DNA of 64,000 bases from an uncultured Planctomycetia bacterium. GTDB taxonomy: Bacteria > Omnitrophota > Gorgyraeia > B26-G9. A program made the position numbers and the translations under genes. Below the pieces are notes generated by a model. The model worked only from the letters and a program-made list of their open reading frames with translations, was not told where the DNA came from and made no database searches. The DNA lies in NCBI GenBank assembly GCA_964437495.1, contig CAYTGV010000007.1, forward strand, positions 17,563-81,562, written 5' to 3'. Positions 1-9,671 of the stretch are shown piece by piece. Position 1 is the stretch's first letter, and every line of letters begins with the position of its first letter.

Positions 1-776
1 ATTCCAAAGCTCAATGACACTTTTGTCGAGTTATCTGTTTTACTGAACTTTGTTTTTTCGACAATAGACCTCACCCGCTCAACTATAACAAAGGCTCCCG
101 GAAAATTTGTTTCCGGCAGCAATAAACCGAATTCATCTCCTCCATAACGGCAAAGCACATCAGCAGCACGGATATTGCGGCGTAGAATTGCCGCTATATG
201 CCGCAACACATCATCTCCCACAGGATGCCCGAAGGTATCATTAATAATTTTAAAATTGTCAACATCTACAATTACACAACAGAATTCACGGGCATAACGC
301 CGGCCGCGTTCAAATTCATCCATTAAACGATGCTGAAAATATCTGCGATTATAAACATGGGTAAGGCTATCAACAACAGAAAGTCTGACTATTTCATCAT
401 ATTGTTTTTTATAACGCAATAAATTTTTCAAACGCAATAAAAGCTCGCGTTTATCACAGCCTTTATCCAGAAAATCTGCGGCACCCAACTGCAACCCCAG
501 AAGTTTATTGTCCAAATTTACAGAAGATGTGAGGAATAAAATAGGTATACTTAAAAATCGTTCTTCTGAGCGCAATCTCTTACATATTTCAAATCCATCT
601 ATGTCCGGCAGAAGAAGATCAAGAATAATTATATCCGGCTGGTACTTTTCAAGCATCTCAAAAGCAGTTTTCCCATCCGGTGCATTTATAACTGCATACC
701 CAGCCTTTTCCAAGATCGCCTGAAGAAACGCAGCATCTTTCTTATTGTCTTCAACTATAAAAATTTTACTTACCAC
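1..776 (-). CDS. Response regulator with N-terminal receiver (REC) domain and C-terminal GGDEF diguanylate cyclase domain. Partial: the C-terminus runs off the window start.
   Basis: The minus-strand translation gives VSKIFIVEDNKKDAAFLQAILEKAGY...IIILDLLLPDIDGF (receiver with a phospho-acceptor Asp), then ...RYGGDEFGLL (intact GGDEF motif). The start is a GTG at 776..774 preceded by AGGAGA and a 7-nt spacer. The track did not list it because it uses a GTG start and runs off the window edge. Confidence 0.8.
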   Translation of the reverse strand, partial: MVSKIFIVEDNKKDAAFLQAILEKAGYAVINAPDGKTAFEMLEKYQPDIIILDLLLPDIDGFEICKRLRSEERFLSIPILFLTSSVNLDNKLLGLQLGAADFLDKGCDKRELLLRLKNLLRYKKQYDEIVRLSVVDSLTHVYNRRYFQHRLMDEFERGRRYAREFCCVIVDVDNFKIINDTFGHPVGDDVLRHIAAILRRNIRAADVLCRYGGDEFGLLLPETNFPGAFVIVERVRSIVEKTKFSKTDNSTKVSLSFG

Positions 777-1869
777 GTTTTTTTCTCCTGGTTAAGAATC
801 TCAAGTATATCGCATTACTCGGACACATTTCGCTGCAACAAAGACAAAGAATACATTTTCTAAAATCAATCTTCAATCGGCCCCGAACATTTCGGATAGC
901 TCCCTGCGGACATATATTTTTGCAAATCTGGCACTGCGTACACTTACCCCTATCTATCCCCATCATTAACGGAATAAAACGCAATAAGCTTCTTGCCAAA
1001 AAGTTCGGCATTTTAAATAAAACCGAAATATTCGGCAGATTAAAATCCCTTACTAGTATATCTTCCAAGGAAACGCCATTAATGTCAATATTATTTATCT
1101 GTGCCTGTCCTAAGTTCATCGCCGCTGCCGCCTTCGTACTGGGCACACTTAGGGGCTCCAGACCGATTATTTTTGATAAAATTGCGTCAATACTAACTGC
1201 ATCAGCGGATGCAATAACCAGGCCCAGATCATATGGATCACCGCCGGACGGGCCATCGCCATCCATAGCCACAATTGCATCTACAATACTCAAGTCAGGC
1301 CTGGCTAAGCTGTAAATCCTGGCAATCTCCTTAGCAAAACTAATAAAATTCGGAGCCATCTTATGCACATAAACTTTATATAAACCTGGGATAAGCCCAA
1401 AAATATTTTTAACTGCCCCAGTAATCATAGTAAGATTATGCGTCTTAAATTTGGGAAGGGAAATCAATACATCTACTTCATCTATAATTTTAGCAAAGGG
1501 TAAATTGTCCTTTTTAACTATATTATTAAATTGAATAAGCTGAACTTTTTCTTCCCTGGCAATCTTTTCTATACCGCAGAATTCATATACTGCCTGCGCT
1601 TTAACCGTCCCCCCCGGACTGTCTCCTATGAAAATGTTTTCTGTCTGAGTTTTGACCAGCCTAATAACCGCCCTGATAAATTCCGGATGAGTAGTCACTG
1701 CATCGTCCGGCTTTGCTTCTTTGAGTAAATTCGGCTTAAGCAAAACGCTCTGTCCTTTTTTAACAAAACTGTTAATACCACCGAGCAGCTCTAAAGATTG
1801 TTTAACAGCCTGAAAAAGCCTATCAGGGTCGTAGCTATCACATCGTATAATACTTGCTTTTGATTTCAC
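766..1869 (-). CDS. DUF362 domain protein fused to a C-terminal 2x[4Fe-4S] ferredoxin domain.
   Basis: A DUF362-like core (DGDGPSGGDPYDLG...) is followed by two CxxCxxCxxxCP motifs (CTQCQICKNICP and CILCLCCSEMCP). Confidence 0.7.
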   Translation of the reverse strand: MKSKASIIRCDSYDPDRLFQAVKQSLELLGGINSFVKKGQSVLLKPNLLKEAKPDDAVTTHPEFIRAVIRLVKTQTENIFIGDSPGGTVKAQAVYEFCGIEKIAREEKVQLIQFNNIVKKDNLPFAKIIDEVDVLISLPKFKTHNLTMITGAVKNIFGLIPGLYKVYVHKMAPNFISFAKEIARIYSLARPDLSIVDAIVAMDGDGPSGGDPYDLGLVIASADAVSIDAILSKIIGLEPLSVPSTKAAAAMNLGQAQINNIDINGVSLEDILVRDFNLPNISVLFKMPNFLARSLLRFIPLMMGIDRGKCTQCQICKNICPQGAIRNVRGRLKIDFRKCILCLCCSEMCPSNAIYLRFLTRRKKRGK

Positions 1870-1896
1870 TTTTCTTTCAATTGTTTAACATCTGAA

Positions 1897-2685
1897 TCAA
1901 ATATTAAAAAATAACCGCGCACTTTGCGTAGTTATATCCGCTACTCTTTGTTCGGATATATTTTTTATCCTGGCAACTTCCTCGGCAACATACTGCACAT
2001 ATGCAGGCTCATTGCGCTTACCTCTTTTGGACTGAGGCGCAAGAAACGGCGCATCGGTTTCAAGAAACATTTCTTCTAATGGAACATACTCCACAAGCGC
2101 TCTGAGATCTTCTGATTTTTTATAAGTAATATTCGCTGTAAACGATACTTTGAATCCTATATCCAGGCAGTTGCGCAAAAATACCTTACTGCCAGAAAAG
2201 CAATGCACCACTGCTTTAACTCTATCGCTTAAATTATTTTTTAATATTGCCAGCAGGTCATCATGGGCATCTCGGCAGTGAAAAATAATCGGCAAATCCT
2301 TTGCTTTGGCCATTTCAATAAACAAGCATAAAAGTTCCTGCTGCCTTGATTTTATTTTTCTGTCGATTAAAAGCTGTCCGGTCTCATGATCATAATAATC
2401 CAGGCCGATTTCCCCAATAGCAATAACTTTATCATCCTGCGCTATCTCACGCAAGCGATTAAGTTCATCCTTGCCTGTAACAAGTGCATAATGCGGGTGG
2501 ATCCCGGCTGTAGCAAATATAAAATCATGATCTGTTGCCAGCTTTAAAGACTGCCGAGATCCGTTCAGGTCCGTCGCTACATTTATTAGATAGCCTATAC
2601 CCTGTTCTCTGGCTCGGTCTATAACCTCTAGCCTGTCCTCATCGAAATGTTTAAAATCAAGATGACAATGCGTATCAATCAGCAT
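1897..2685 (-). CDS. tatD: TatD-family metal-dependent hydrolase (DNase).
   Basis: N-terminal MLIDTHCHLDF..., plus the HxH and later His/Asp signature of the TatD/YabD family. It sits directly downstream of metG, as in Bacillus. Confidence 0.85.
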   Translation of the reverse strand: MLIDTHCHLDFKHFDEDRLEVIDRAREQGIGYLINVATDLNGSRQSLKLATDHDFIFATAGIHPHYALVTGKDELNRLREIAQDDKVIAIGEIGLDYYDHETGQLLIDRKIKSRQQELLCLFIEMAKAKDLPIIFHCRDAHDDLLAILKNNLSDRVKAVVHCFSGSKVFLRNCLDIGFKVSFTANITYKKSEDLRALVEYVPLEEMFLETDAPFLAPQSKRGKRNEPAYVQYVAEEVARIKNISEQRVADITTQSARLFFNI

Positions 2686-4147
2686 CTTCTATCCTTGGAA
2701 ACAAAGGCTTGCCTTTATTCACCCTATCCTGGCCCCACTGGGCTTTAATGGCTTCTGAAGTCTTAGGCATAAAGGGAAACAAATTTATCCGTATATTTTT
2801 TATAACCTGCGCCAGCACAAAGATAAAATCTTTCAATTGGTCTTCCTTTTTTTCTTTAAACAAAACCCATGGCTTTGTATCTTCAATGAATTTATTTGCC
2901 GCGCCTATTATTTCCCATATTTTAACAAGGCTTTGAGAAAAATTATATTCACTCATCTGCTTATCCACCTCAACGCTTAAAACCTCAGCCATTGCAAGCA
3001 GTTCAGCCCCAACACTATTGCCGTAACTCTGGGGAAGATTACCCTGCAGATATTTTTCTACCATTGTCAGAGATCGGTAGACAAGATTCCCAAGATCATT
3101 GGCCAAATCGCTATTGATTCTTCTAATAAGTGCTTCTTCAGAAAAATTTCCATCCTCCGTAAAAGAAAATTCACGCAGAAGAAAATAACGCAGGCTATCC
3201 GCTGAGTATTTTTCTACTAGCTTAACCGGGTCTACCGTAGTACCGGAACTTTTTGATATCTTTTCTCCTCCCAGATTAATAAACCCATGCACTAAAACAG
3301 ATTTAGGCAGTTCAATATCCGCGGACATAAGAATAGACAGCCAAACCATAGTATGAAACCAAAGAATGTCTTTGCCGATCATATGAACATCGGCCGGCCA
3401 GAATTTTTCAAAGCGTTCACTGTCCGGATAGCCTAGAGCAGAAATATAATTTATTAATGCATCAAACCAGACAAAAATCACATGGCTTTCATCTCCCGGC
3501 CAGGGAATTCCCCAGGTAAAATTCGTTCGTGATACGCTTAAATCCCGCACCCCAGCTTTTAACCTGTTCATTATTTCATTGCGGCGAGTTTTAGGAAAAA
3601 TAAAGTTTTCATTTTTTTCGATATGCCCTAAAACAGCTTGAGCATATTTGCTCATTTTAAAAAAATAACCTACTTCCTCTATCCAATCAACCTTATTACC
3701 ATGCACCGGACAATTTCCATTATTTAAATCCCGCTCGACATAAAAAGCCTCACAATCCACACAATAAAACCCTTCATATTTATCTTTATATATATCTCCT
3801 TTTTGCTTTGCCTTTTCAAGCAGCGCAAGGGCAACTTTAATATGCCTTTGTTCAGTAGTACGGATAAAATCATCATTTGAAATATTAAGTACTTTGCAAA
3901 GATTTAAAAATTCTGAGGTCTTTTCGTTTACAAAATCCTGAGGAGTTTTGTTCGCATTTTTCGCGTACTTTTCTATTTTCTGCCCATGCTCATCTGTCCC
4001 TGTGCAAAAAACAACCTCCCTGCCTTTTAGTCTTTGCCATCTGGCGATTACATCCGCCAATATCTTCTCATAAGCATGCCCGATATGCGGCGCGCCTGAG
4101 GGGTAATCTATCGCAGTTGTTATATAAAATTTATTTTCTTTTTTCAT
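2675..4147 (-). CDS. metG: Methionyl-tRNA synthetase, short form without the C-terminal tRNA-binding domain.
   Basis: Class I HIGH motif (PSGAPHIGHAY) and KMSKS motif (KISKSSG). The C(x)C zinc knuckle CVDCE...CPVHG is present. Confidence 0.9.
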   Translation of the reverse strand: MKKENKFYITTAIDYPSGAPHIGHAYEKILADVIARWQRLKGREVVFCTGTDEHGQKIEKYAKNANKTPQDFVNEKTSEFLNLCKVLNISNDDFIRTTEQRHIKVALALLEKAKQKGDIYKDKYEGFYCVDCEAFYVERDLNNGNCPVHGNKVDWIEEVGYFFKMSKYAQAVLGHIEKNENFIFPKTRRNEIMNRLKAGVRDLSVSRTNFTWGIPWPGDESHVIFVWFDALINYISALGYPDSERFEKFWPADVHMIGKDILWFHTMVWLSILMSADIELPKSVLVHGFINLGGEKISKSSGTTVDPVKLVEKYSADSLRYFLLREFSFTEDGNFSEEALIRRINSDLANDLGNLVYRSLTMVEKYLQGNLPQSYGNSVGAELLAMAEVLSVEVDKQMSEYNFSQSLVKIWEIIGAANKFIEDTKPWVLFKEKKEDQLKDFIFVLAQVIKNIRINLFPFMPKTSEAIKAQWGQDRVNKGKPLFPRIEDAD

Positions 4148-4952
4148 GTTTTTTCTTACAGCTTTCCTTTAATGAAATTTCCACTTTTCGTTCATCTTCG
4201 AGCTCAACTTCAACTGTCTGCTTTAGGATATGCACTGCAATAACCCTGCCCTTACCTTCCGGAGTTTCTATATACTGGCCCACTTTAGGCAGACACTTGG
4301 AGAACTCTTTATAGGTTTGATATTCATAACCCAGGCAACACATAAGCCGACCGCAAAGCCCTGATATCTTTTCCGGGTTCAAAGGCATGTTCTGTTGTTT
4401 AGCCATGCGTATTGTAACCGGCTCAAAATCTTTTAGAAAAGAAGCGCAGCAAAGGTTCCTGCCACAGGTTCCATAGCCCCCGAACATCTTCACCTCATCG
4501 CGCACCCCTATTTGCTTAAGCTCTATGCGGGCCTTAAAAAGATGCGCCAGATCCCGAACAAGTTCTCTGAAATCAATACGCCCTTCGGCCGTAAAATAGA
4601 ACATCACTTTACTTCGATCAAATGAATATTCCGCTTCAACCAATTTCATCAAAAGCTTGCGCTCCTGCATTTTCTTTTGCGCTGTTGTAAAAACACTTTT
4701 TATCTCTTGGCGAATTTTTGTTATCTGCTCCAGATCCGCAGACGTAGCTACCCGAATGACCGATTTAATAACCCCTTTTATTTTTTCAGCCGTCACACGT
4801 TCTATATCAGAGATAACACTTCCATAGTCAATGCCGCGTTCAGACTCAACAATAACAATATCATGCGGTTTCACTTCAACATTATTCTTATTAAAATTTG
4901 TAATTTTCCCATGCTTACGCAATCTAACTTCAATAATCTTCAATTTAATCAC
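4131..4952 (-). CDS. ricT: PSP1 C-terminal domain protein (RicT/YaaT-like).
   Basis: Conserved Cys-rich PSP1 segment GGYGTCGRNLCCASFL...GLCGRLMCCLGYE. The tmk-holB-ricT-metG-tatD synteny matches Bacillus. Confidence 0.8.
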   Translation of the reverse strand: MIKLKIIEVRLRKHGKITNFNKNNVEVKPHDIVIVESERGIDYGSVISDIERVTAEKIKGVIKSVIRVATSADLEQITKIRQEIKSVFTTAQKKMQERKLLMKLVEAEYSFDRSKVMFYFTAEGRIDFRELVRDLAHLFKARIELKQIGVRDEVKMFGGYGTCGRNLCCASFLKDFEPVTIRMAKQQNMPLNPEKISGLCGRLMCCLGYEYQTYKEFSKCLPKVGQYIETPEGKGRVIAVHILKQTVEVELEDERKVEISLKESCKKKHEKRK

Positions 4953-4953
4953 C

Positions 4954-5850
4954 TCAAAAAAGCTGCACCTTGGAGCTTCTTTTGTTAATCGTTTTAATCA
5001 GTAAATCCATAGATAATTTCATGTTTGCATTTCCGTTGATATTTTGTTTAGTATGCAATATTTCATCAATAAGAGTTTCAATATCTGAGAGAGAAAAGTT
5101 CTGAGCGAATTCCCTAAGAATTTGAACAGACTTACTGCTCATCAGGTTAACATTTTCAACTCCCAACCCGATCATCAGCATATCCCTAAACACGCCGACC
5201 AATTCACTTAGTAAATCAACCGCCTGTTTTCTTTCAATACTGCCAAGATCATCATATAATTTTTCTTGTACCTGCCGGTCATCTTTTTTAAAAAATCCAG
5301 TAATCATATCATCTTTTTCATCAGAATCAACATCATTGCCTGATGCATCTTGAGAAAAACGAATCCGGGCACAACGTGATACAACTGTCTCAAGCAGCTG
5401 GCTAGCACTGGCAGTGATTAAAATCAACACTACCCCCGCAGGAGGTTCTTCAAGCGTTTTTAATAATGCATTTGCTGCGGCCACATTCAAGCGCTGGGCA
5501 TCTTCAATAATACATATCTTATTTTGTGCCTGAAAAGGCTTTACGCTAAGACGTTCTTTTAGCAAACGGATATCTTCTATTTTTATTACTGCAGATCCTG
5601 CCTCAGCCCTTATCCAATAAAGATCAGGGTGGCTGCCCTTGGCAAGCATTTGACAATCACTGCAAGACTGGCAATATCCCGATCTATCTTTAATGACTGA
5701 ACAAAACAGCCCCTTGGCCATTTCCAGGACTTCTTTGTTGATCCTGTCTTTATCCAGACCTTCTATTAAAAAAGCTCCAGACCTAATCCCTCTTGTCAAT
5801 TCTGCCGCACAGTTATCCATGCTATCTAACTTTTTCAGGCTTGAACACAC
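4954..5850 (-). CDS. holB: DNA polymerase III delta-prime subunit.
   Basis: AAA+ clamp-loader-like sequence with a zinc module (CQSCSDCQ) and the motif NALLKTLEEPP. It sits between tmk and ricT. Confidence 0.8.
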   Translation of the reverse strand: MCSSLKKLDSMDNCAAELTRGIRSGAFLIEGLDKDRINKEVLEMAKGLFCSVIKDRSGYCQSCSDCQMLAKGSHPDLYWIRAEAGSAVIKIEDIRLLKERLSVKPFQAQNKICIIEDAQRLNVAAANALLKTLEEPPAGVVLILITASASQLLETVVSRCARIRFSQDASGNDVDSDEKDDMITGFFKKDDRQVQEKLYDDLGSIERKQAVDLLSELVGVFRDMLMIGLGVENVNLMSSKSVQILREFAQNFSLSDIETLIDEILHTKQNINGNANMKLSMDLLIKTINKRSSKVQLF

Positions 5851-6454
5851 TTAAAAATATCTCCCTTACCTTAGCTTGGATACAATCCACATCGTTTTTT
5901 GCATTTATAATTTTTACTCTCTTCGGATTTGCCTTGGCAACCGCTAGGTATCCCTGTCTAACCCTTTTATGAAACGCCATTTCTCTTTTCTCAAAGCGGT
6001 CATTTCTCCCGGAGCGTACAAGTCCGAGCTTAGGGTCTATATCCAACAAAATGGTCAGATCCGGGATAGCTGCGCCCATCGCCATTTTATTCAGAGCATT
6101 AATAAGTTTACGGTCAACTCCTGAGCCATAGCCCTGATAAGCAATGGTCGCGTCCCCATAGCGATCTAGAATAACCACATCTTTCTTCTTGAGCGCCGCC
6201 TCTATCTTTTGTCTTCTCAATTGGTCTCGAGCTACAATAAAAAGCAGGGTCTCCGCAAAACAACTAAGATTACCTTTGCTAAAAAGCAGAATATCTCTTA
6301 TCTTCTCGCCGATCACAGAAGATCCCGGCTCTCGCAAAAGAGCATATTTTATGCCTTTATTCTTTAAATAAGTGCATAACAGCCTAGTCTGAGTACTCTT
6401 GCCAGTGCCTTCAATTCCCTCAAAACTAAGTAAAATTCCGCGTTTTTTAGACAT
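5822..6454 (-). CDS. tmk: Thymidylate kinase.
   Basis: P-loop FEGIEGTGKST, DRY motif (LDRYGDATIAYQG) and a lid region. AGGAGA RBS upstream. Confidence 0.9.
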   Translation of the reverse strand: MSKKRGILLSFEGIEGTGKSTQTRLLCTYLKNKGIKYALLREPGSSVIGEKIRDILLFSKGNLSCFAETLLFIVARDQLRRQKIEAALKKKDVVILDRYGDATIAYQGYGSGVDRKLINALNKMAMGAAIPDLTILLDIDPKLGLVRSGRNDRFEKREMAFHKRVRQGYLAVAKANPKRVKIINAKNDVDCIQAKVREIFLSVFKPEKVR

Positions 6455-6469
6455 AATTCTCCTAAGTAG

Positions 6470-6586
6470 CGCTGTAGCAAAATATGCAGATGTAAGGCAT
6501 TCGTGAACGAATGCGGAGGCGTATTTACTGTACGCCGCACAAGTGAGAAAGCGAATAACGCATCAGATGTGCGTTTTGCTACAGCG
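6470..6586. other. Palindromic multi-stem element in the tmk 5' leader. Two exact 13-nt arms (6470-6482 and 6574-6586) are complementary and enclose about 90 nt carrying at least two internal hairpins.
   Basis: CGCTGTAGCAAAA ... TTTTGCTACAGCG. Internal stems are GCATTCG-tgaa-CGAATGC (6497-6514) and GGCGTA-tttactg-TACGCC (6518-6536). It lies 16 nt upstream of the tmk RBS. Confidence 0.35.
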
Positions 6587-6670
6587 TCTTTATGTAATTT
6601 TAACAAATATCTCCTTACATAGCAAGTCTTTCCACATTCTAGAGACTTTTTAAAAAAACCGCATAAAATA

Positions 6671-6710
6671 GGCTAAAAAAGAAAAAAGACAGCTCAAAAT
6701 TTAAGCTGCC
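6671..6710 (-). terminator. Rho-independent terminator downstream of nikR.
   Basis: On the minus strand there is a GC stem (GGCAGCUU...AGCUGUC) followed by UCUUUUUUCUUUUUU, about 30 nt after the nikR stop. Confidence 0.5.
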
Positions 6711-6741
6711 TTTTAAATACATAGAAGAATAATTAAAATAT

Positions 6742-7152
6742 TTATTTGCCGCTGGAAGTCATAGACAAGGATGTATGCTTGATTCCTTTTATTGCGCCCA
6801 AGGCATGTGATAATTCCAGGATAATAGAATTTTTCCCTTTACACGCTATGATTTCCAGGCAATAAGCATGGTCCAGATGTATATGCTGACTGGAGATTAT
6901 AATCTTTTGGAAGTCATGCTGAACCTCCATAACCTTATTTACCAATTCTCTTCTATGATGATTATAAACAAGACTGATAATTGCAACAATATTGGCATTT
7001 TTACGCTGCTGATTACGCGCAATAAGCTTATTGCGCATCAAAACAGCTATAGCCTGCGAACGATTGGAATATTTATGTTCTAATATCAGCTTATCAAAAC
7101 TATCCAATAGCTCGGCATCAACAGAGACCCCGAAACGAATCAGTTTTGCCAC
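6742..7152 (-). CDS. nikR: Nickel-responsive transcriptional regulator NikR (RHH DNA-binding domain plus C-terminal metal-binding domain).
   Basis: N-terminal ribbon-helix-helix (RFGVSVDAELLDSFD...YSNRSQAI). The C-terminal HxxxH...H...CLEI nickel-site pattern aligns with E. coli NikR. Confidence 0.8.
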   Translation of the reverse strand: MAKLIRFGVSVDAELLDSFDKLILEHKYSNRSQAIAVLMRNKLIARNQQRKNANIVAIISLVYNHHRRELVNKVMEVQHDFQKIIISSQHIHLDHAYCLEIIACKGKNSIILELSHALGAIKGIKHTSLSMTSSGK

Positions 7153-7185
7153 TATATATTCCTTATTTCTATATTCCTGATCAAA

Positions 7186-7416
7186 TTAAATCGCAACTAC
7201 TTCTTTAATAAAAGACATGGCTTCTATTATTCTTTTTTCAATTACCATTTTTAAGGTCATTTGAGACATTGGACAGCTGCCGCAGGCTCCCTGTAGACGT
7301 ACTTTAACTATGCCATCATCTGTAACTTCAACCAACTCTACATCTCCGCCATCAATCTGAAGCGCCGGTCTTATTTCTTCAAGTAGTTTCTTTACCTCTT
7401 CTTGCATATTAGCCAT
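7186..7416 (-). CDS. NifU-like (Nfu) Fe-S cluster scaffold domain protein.
   Basis: The motif GGDVELVEV...GACGSCPMS is typical of the NifU C-terminal/Nfu domain. Confidence 0.8.
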   Translation of the reverse strand: MANMQEEVKKLLEEIRPALQIDGGDVELVEVTDDGIVKVRLQGACGSCPMSQMTLKMVIEKRIIEAMSFIKEVVAI

Positions 7417-7466
7417 CTTCTTCTCAATTAGTCATCCATTTAATTATGTCTATCTCTTTTTACTTT

Positions 7467-7694
7467 TTACTTTTGGTTAACAATATTTATTATTTTTTTT
7501 GAGTTATACTTTCCTTTGACGATCAAGATATCTGATTTGCTTACATTGAAATATTCTGCTAAATGTTCCAACACTTTTTTATTCGCTTTACCGCGCTCAG
7601 CTGTTGCAGTAACTTTCACAAGAAATGCCCCTTTGCCCTTTTCAATAATCTCATTTTTTGCAGCATTTGTAATAACTTTAATACTGATGAACAT
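7467..7694 (-). CDS. DUF167 (YggU-family) small protein.
   Basis: 75 aa. The pattern V..NAAKNEI..........LVKVTATAERGKANKKVLEHLAEYF matches the YggU/UPF0235 family. Confidence 0.65.
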   Translation of the reverse strand: MFISIKVITNAAKNEIIEKGKGAFLVKVTATAERGKANKKVLEHLAEYFNVSKSDILIVKGKYNSKKIINIVNQK

Positions 7695-7786
7695 AGTTTA
7701 ACCCCAATCATCCCAAGCAAAAATCCAATCTACCCATGAGCGAACTACAGCTCCCGGAGGGAAGGAGACCTTCTTAGACGCCTATA

Positions 7787-9151
7787 TTACTCTTTAATCT
7801 CAGGCACCTCTTTTAATGACTCTTCTATTTTCTCCTGCGGATATTCATAATCCTGCAGATCATTGGTAAAATATTTATCGTAAGAAGTAAGATCAAAATA
7901 CCCATGTCCGCTGTAATTAAACACTATTGTCTTGGCTATTCCTTCCTTTTTACAACGAAGCGCCTCATCAACAGCCACTCGCACCGCATGTGCCGTTTCC
8001 GGCGCCGGTAATTTCCCTTCCACGCGTGAAAACATCATCGCGGCCTCAAACACAGTTTTCTGATGCACACTCACCGCATCTATCAACTTTTCATTGTGCA
8101 GAAAGCTAACTAACGGAGCCATACCGTGATAACGCAACCCGCCGGCATGAATACACGGAGGCACAAAATTATGCCCCAAGGTATTCATTTTCATTAACGG
8201 AGTCATCTTTGCAGAATCACCAAAATCATAACGATACGGACCTTTTGTCAAAGTCGGACATGCAGTCGGCTCTACTGCGATAAACTGGATCCTGTTCTGT
8301 TTATTTACCTTTTCGTCAAAAACAAAAGGAGAGATAAAGCCGCCGAAATTACTGCCTCCTCCCACACATCCAATCATTATGTCCGGAATCGCCCCTACCT
8401 GTTCAAGCTGCTTTTTTGTTTCCAAACCCACAATTGTCTGATGCATTAATACATGATTTAACACACTGCCCAAAGCGTATTTTGTATCTTTGCTAGACAC
8501 CGCATCCTCAACTGCCTCACTGATTGCCATTCCCAAACTGCCCGGGCAATCTGGATCTTTTTCTAATATCTGCCGGCCGGCTTTTGTATGATCACTTGGG
8601 CTGGGAAAAACCGTCGCATTCCAAACATGCATCAAAGAACGGCGGCCTGGTTTCAGGTCATAACTAACCTTAACCATATAAACAACGCATTCAAGTCCAA
8701 AAAAATTAGTAGCAAAAGCCAAAGCGCTGCCCCACTGCCCCGCGCCGGTTTCTGTTGTCAAGCGCTTAATTCCCGCCTGCTTATTATAATATGCCTGAGC
8801 AACCGCCGTGTTCGGCTTATGCGACCCTGCTGGACTAACTGATTCGTCCTTATAATAGATTTTTGCCGGAGTATCGAGAAATTGCTCCAGCCGCCGCGCA
8901 CGGATAAGCGGTGTCGGCCTCCAGATAGAATATATATCAAGAAGTTCTTCCGGTATATCTATCCAGCGTTTAGTGCTCACCTCCTGCTCAATCAATGAGT
9001 CAGGAAAAATAGCAGCAAAATCCTCTGCTGTGGCCGGCTTGCCTGTTCCCGGATGCAAAGCCGGGGGAACAGGCTTGGATATATCAGCCTGAATATTGTA
9101 CCATTGCTTAGGCAATTCCTTTGAACTCAGCAAAATCCTATTATCACTCAT
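7787..9151 (-). CDS. TrpB2-type tryptophan synthase beta-like PLP enzyme (long form, about 450 aa).
   Basis: PLP-lysine context ([13 protein letters not shown]) and a glycine loop ([11 protein letters not shown]). The N-terminal extension is typical of TrpB2. No trpA is adjacent. Confidence 0.85.
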   Translation of the reverse strand: MSDNRILLSSKELPKQWYNIQADISKPVPPALHPGTGKPATAEDFAAIFPDSLIEQEVSTKRWIDIPEELLDIYSIWRPTPLIRARRLEQFLDTPAKIYYKDESVSPAGSHKPNTAVAQAYYNKQAGIKRLTTETGAGQWGSALAFATNFFGLECVVYMVKVSYDLKPGRRSLMHVWNATVFPSPSDHTKAGRQILEKDPDCPGSLGMAISEAVEDAVSSKDTKYALGSVLNHVLMHQTIVGLETKKQLEQVGAIPDIMIGCVGGGSNFGGFISPFVFDEKVNKQNRIQFIAVEPTACPTLTKGPYRYDFGDSAKMTPLMKMNTLGHNFVPPCIHAGGLRYHGMAPLVSFLHNEKLIDAVSVHQKTVFEAAMMFSRVEGKLPAPETAHAVRVAVDEALRCKKEGIAKTIVFNYSGHGYFDLTSYDKYFTNDLQDYEYPQEKIEESLKEVPEIKE

Positions 9152-9194
9152 CTTTCCCTCCTTTAATTAAATAACTCCGGAAAACATTCCTAGT

Positions 9195-9503
9195 CTATAC
9201 AACTTTGTATTCTAAACCATGATCTATCTTTAGCTGCTTTTTTATATACGCACATTTCCAGCGTCCCGGCCAATCCGTATGCAAGATAGTTCTAATGTTT
9301 ACACATTCGAAAAATTTACCTGATTGCGTTTTTTGCAAACCTCCCCGGCATTCATAAATATCACACTGATATTTCCCGTCAGGCTGCGAAATCAAATGAA
9401 TACAAGGATCTTCATCTGCCCCGCAGCAATTACCGCACCTTAAACAAATATTTTCAAACTCTTTCTCTTTGTTTATTTGATAAATTTCATAATCCATAAC
9501 CAT
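9195..9503 (-). CDS. YkgJ-family cysteine-cluster protein (CxxCxxCC zinc/iron-chelating domain).
   Basis: CLRCGNCCG motif plus further Cys residues. The start is moved to MVMDYE (9503), which has a GGAAAAAGG RBS. Confidence 0.6.
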   Translation of the reverse strand: MVMDYEIYQINKEKEFENICLRCGNCCGADEDPCIHLISQPDGKYQCDIYECRGGLQKTQSGKFFECVNIRTILHTDWPGRWKCAYIKKQLKIDHGLEYKVV

Positions 9504-9671
9504 TGATGCCTTTTTCCGCACAAGATATATTGTATTCTAAAATAGCATAAAATATTTACATAGTCAACAAATGCAGCTTTGCCCTTTTGATAAGCATCTG
9601 CCTTTTTACCTATATCTGCTCTAATTTCAATGCATTAACCATAGCCCACAATATCTCTTGATTTTACTGTA

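Noticed and set aside
508-723. 71-aa plus-strand ORF
   Set aside because: It lies entirely inside the minus-strand REC-GGDEF gene, has no RBS and shows no recognisable fold. It is an antisense phantom.
6364-6606. 80-aa minus-strand ORF overlapping the palindromic element and the tmk start
   Set aside because: It overlaps tmk and the structured element, and its translation is Leu/Arg-rich with no RBS. It is spurious.
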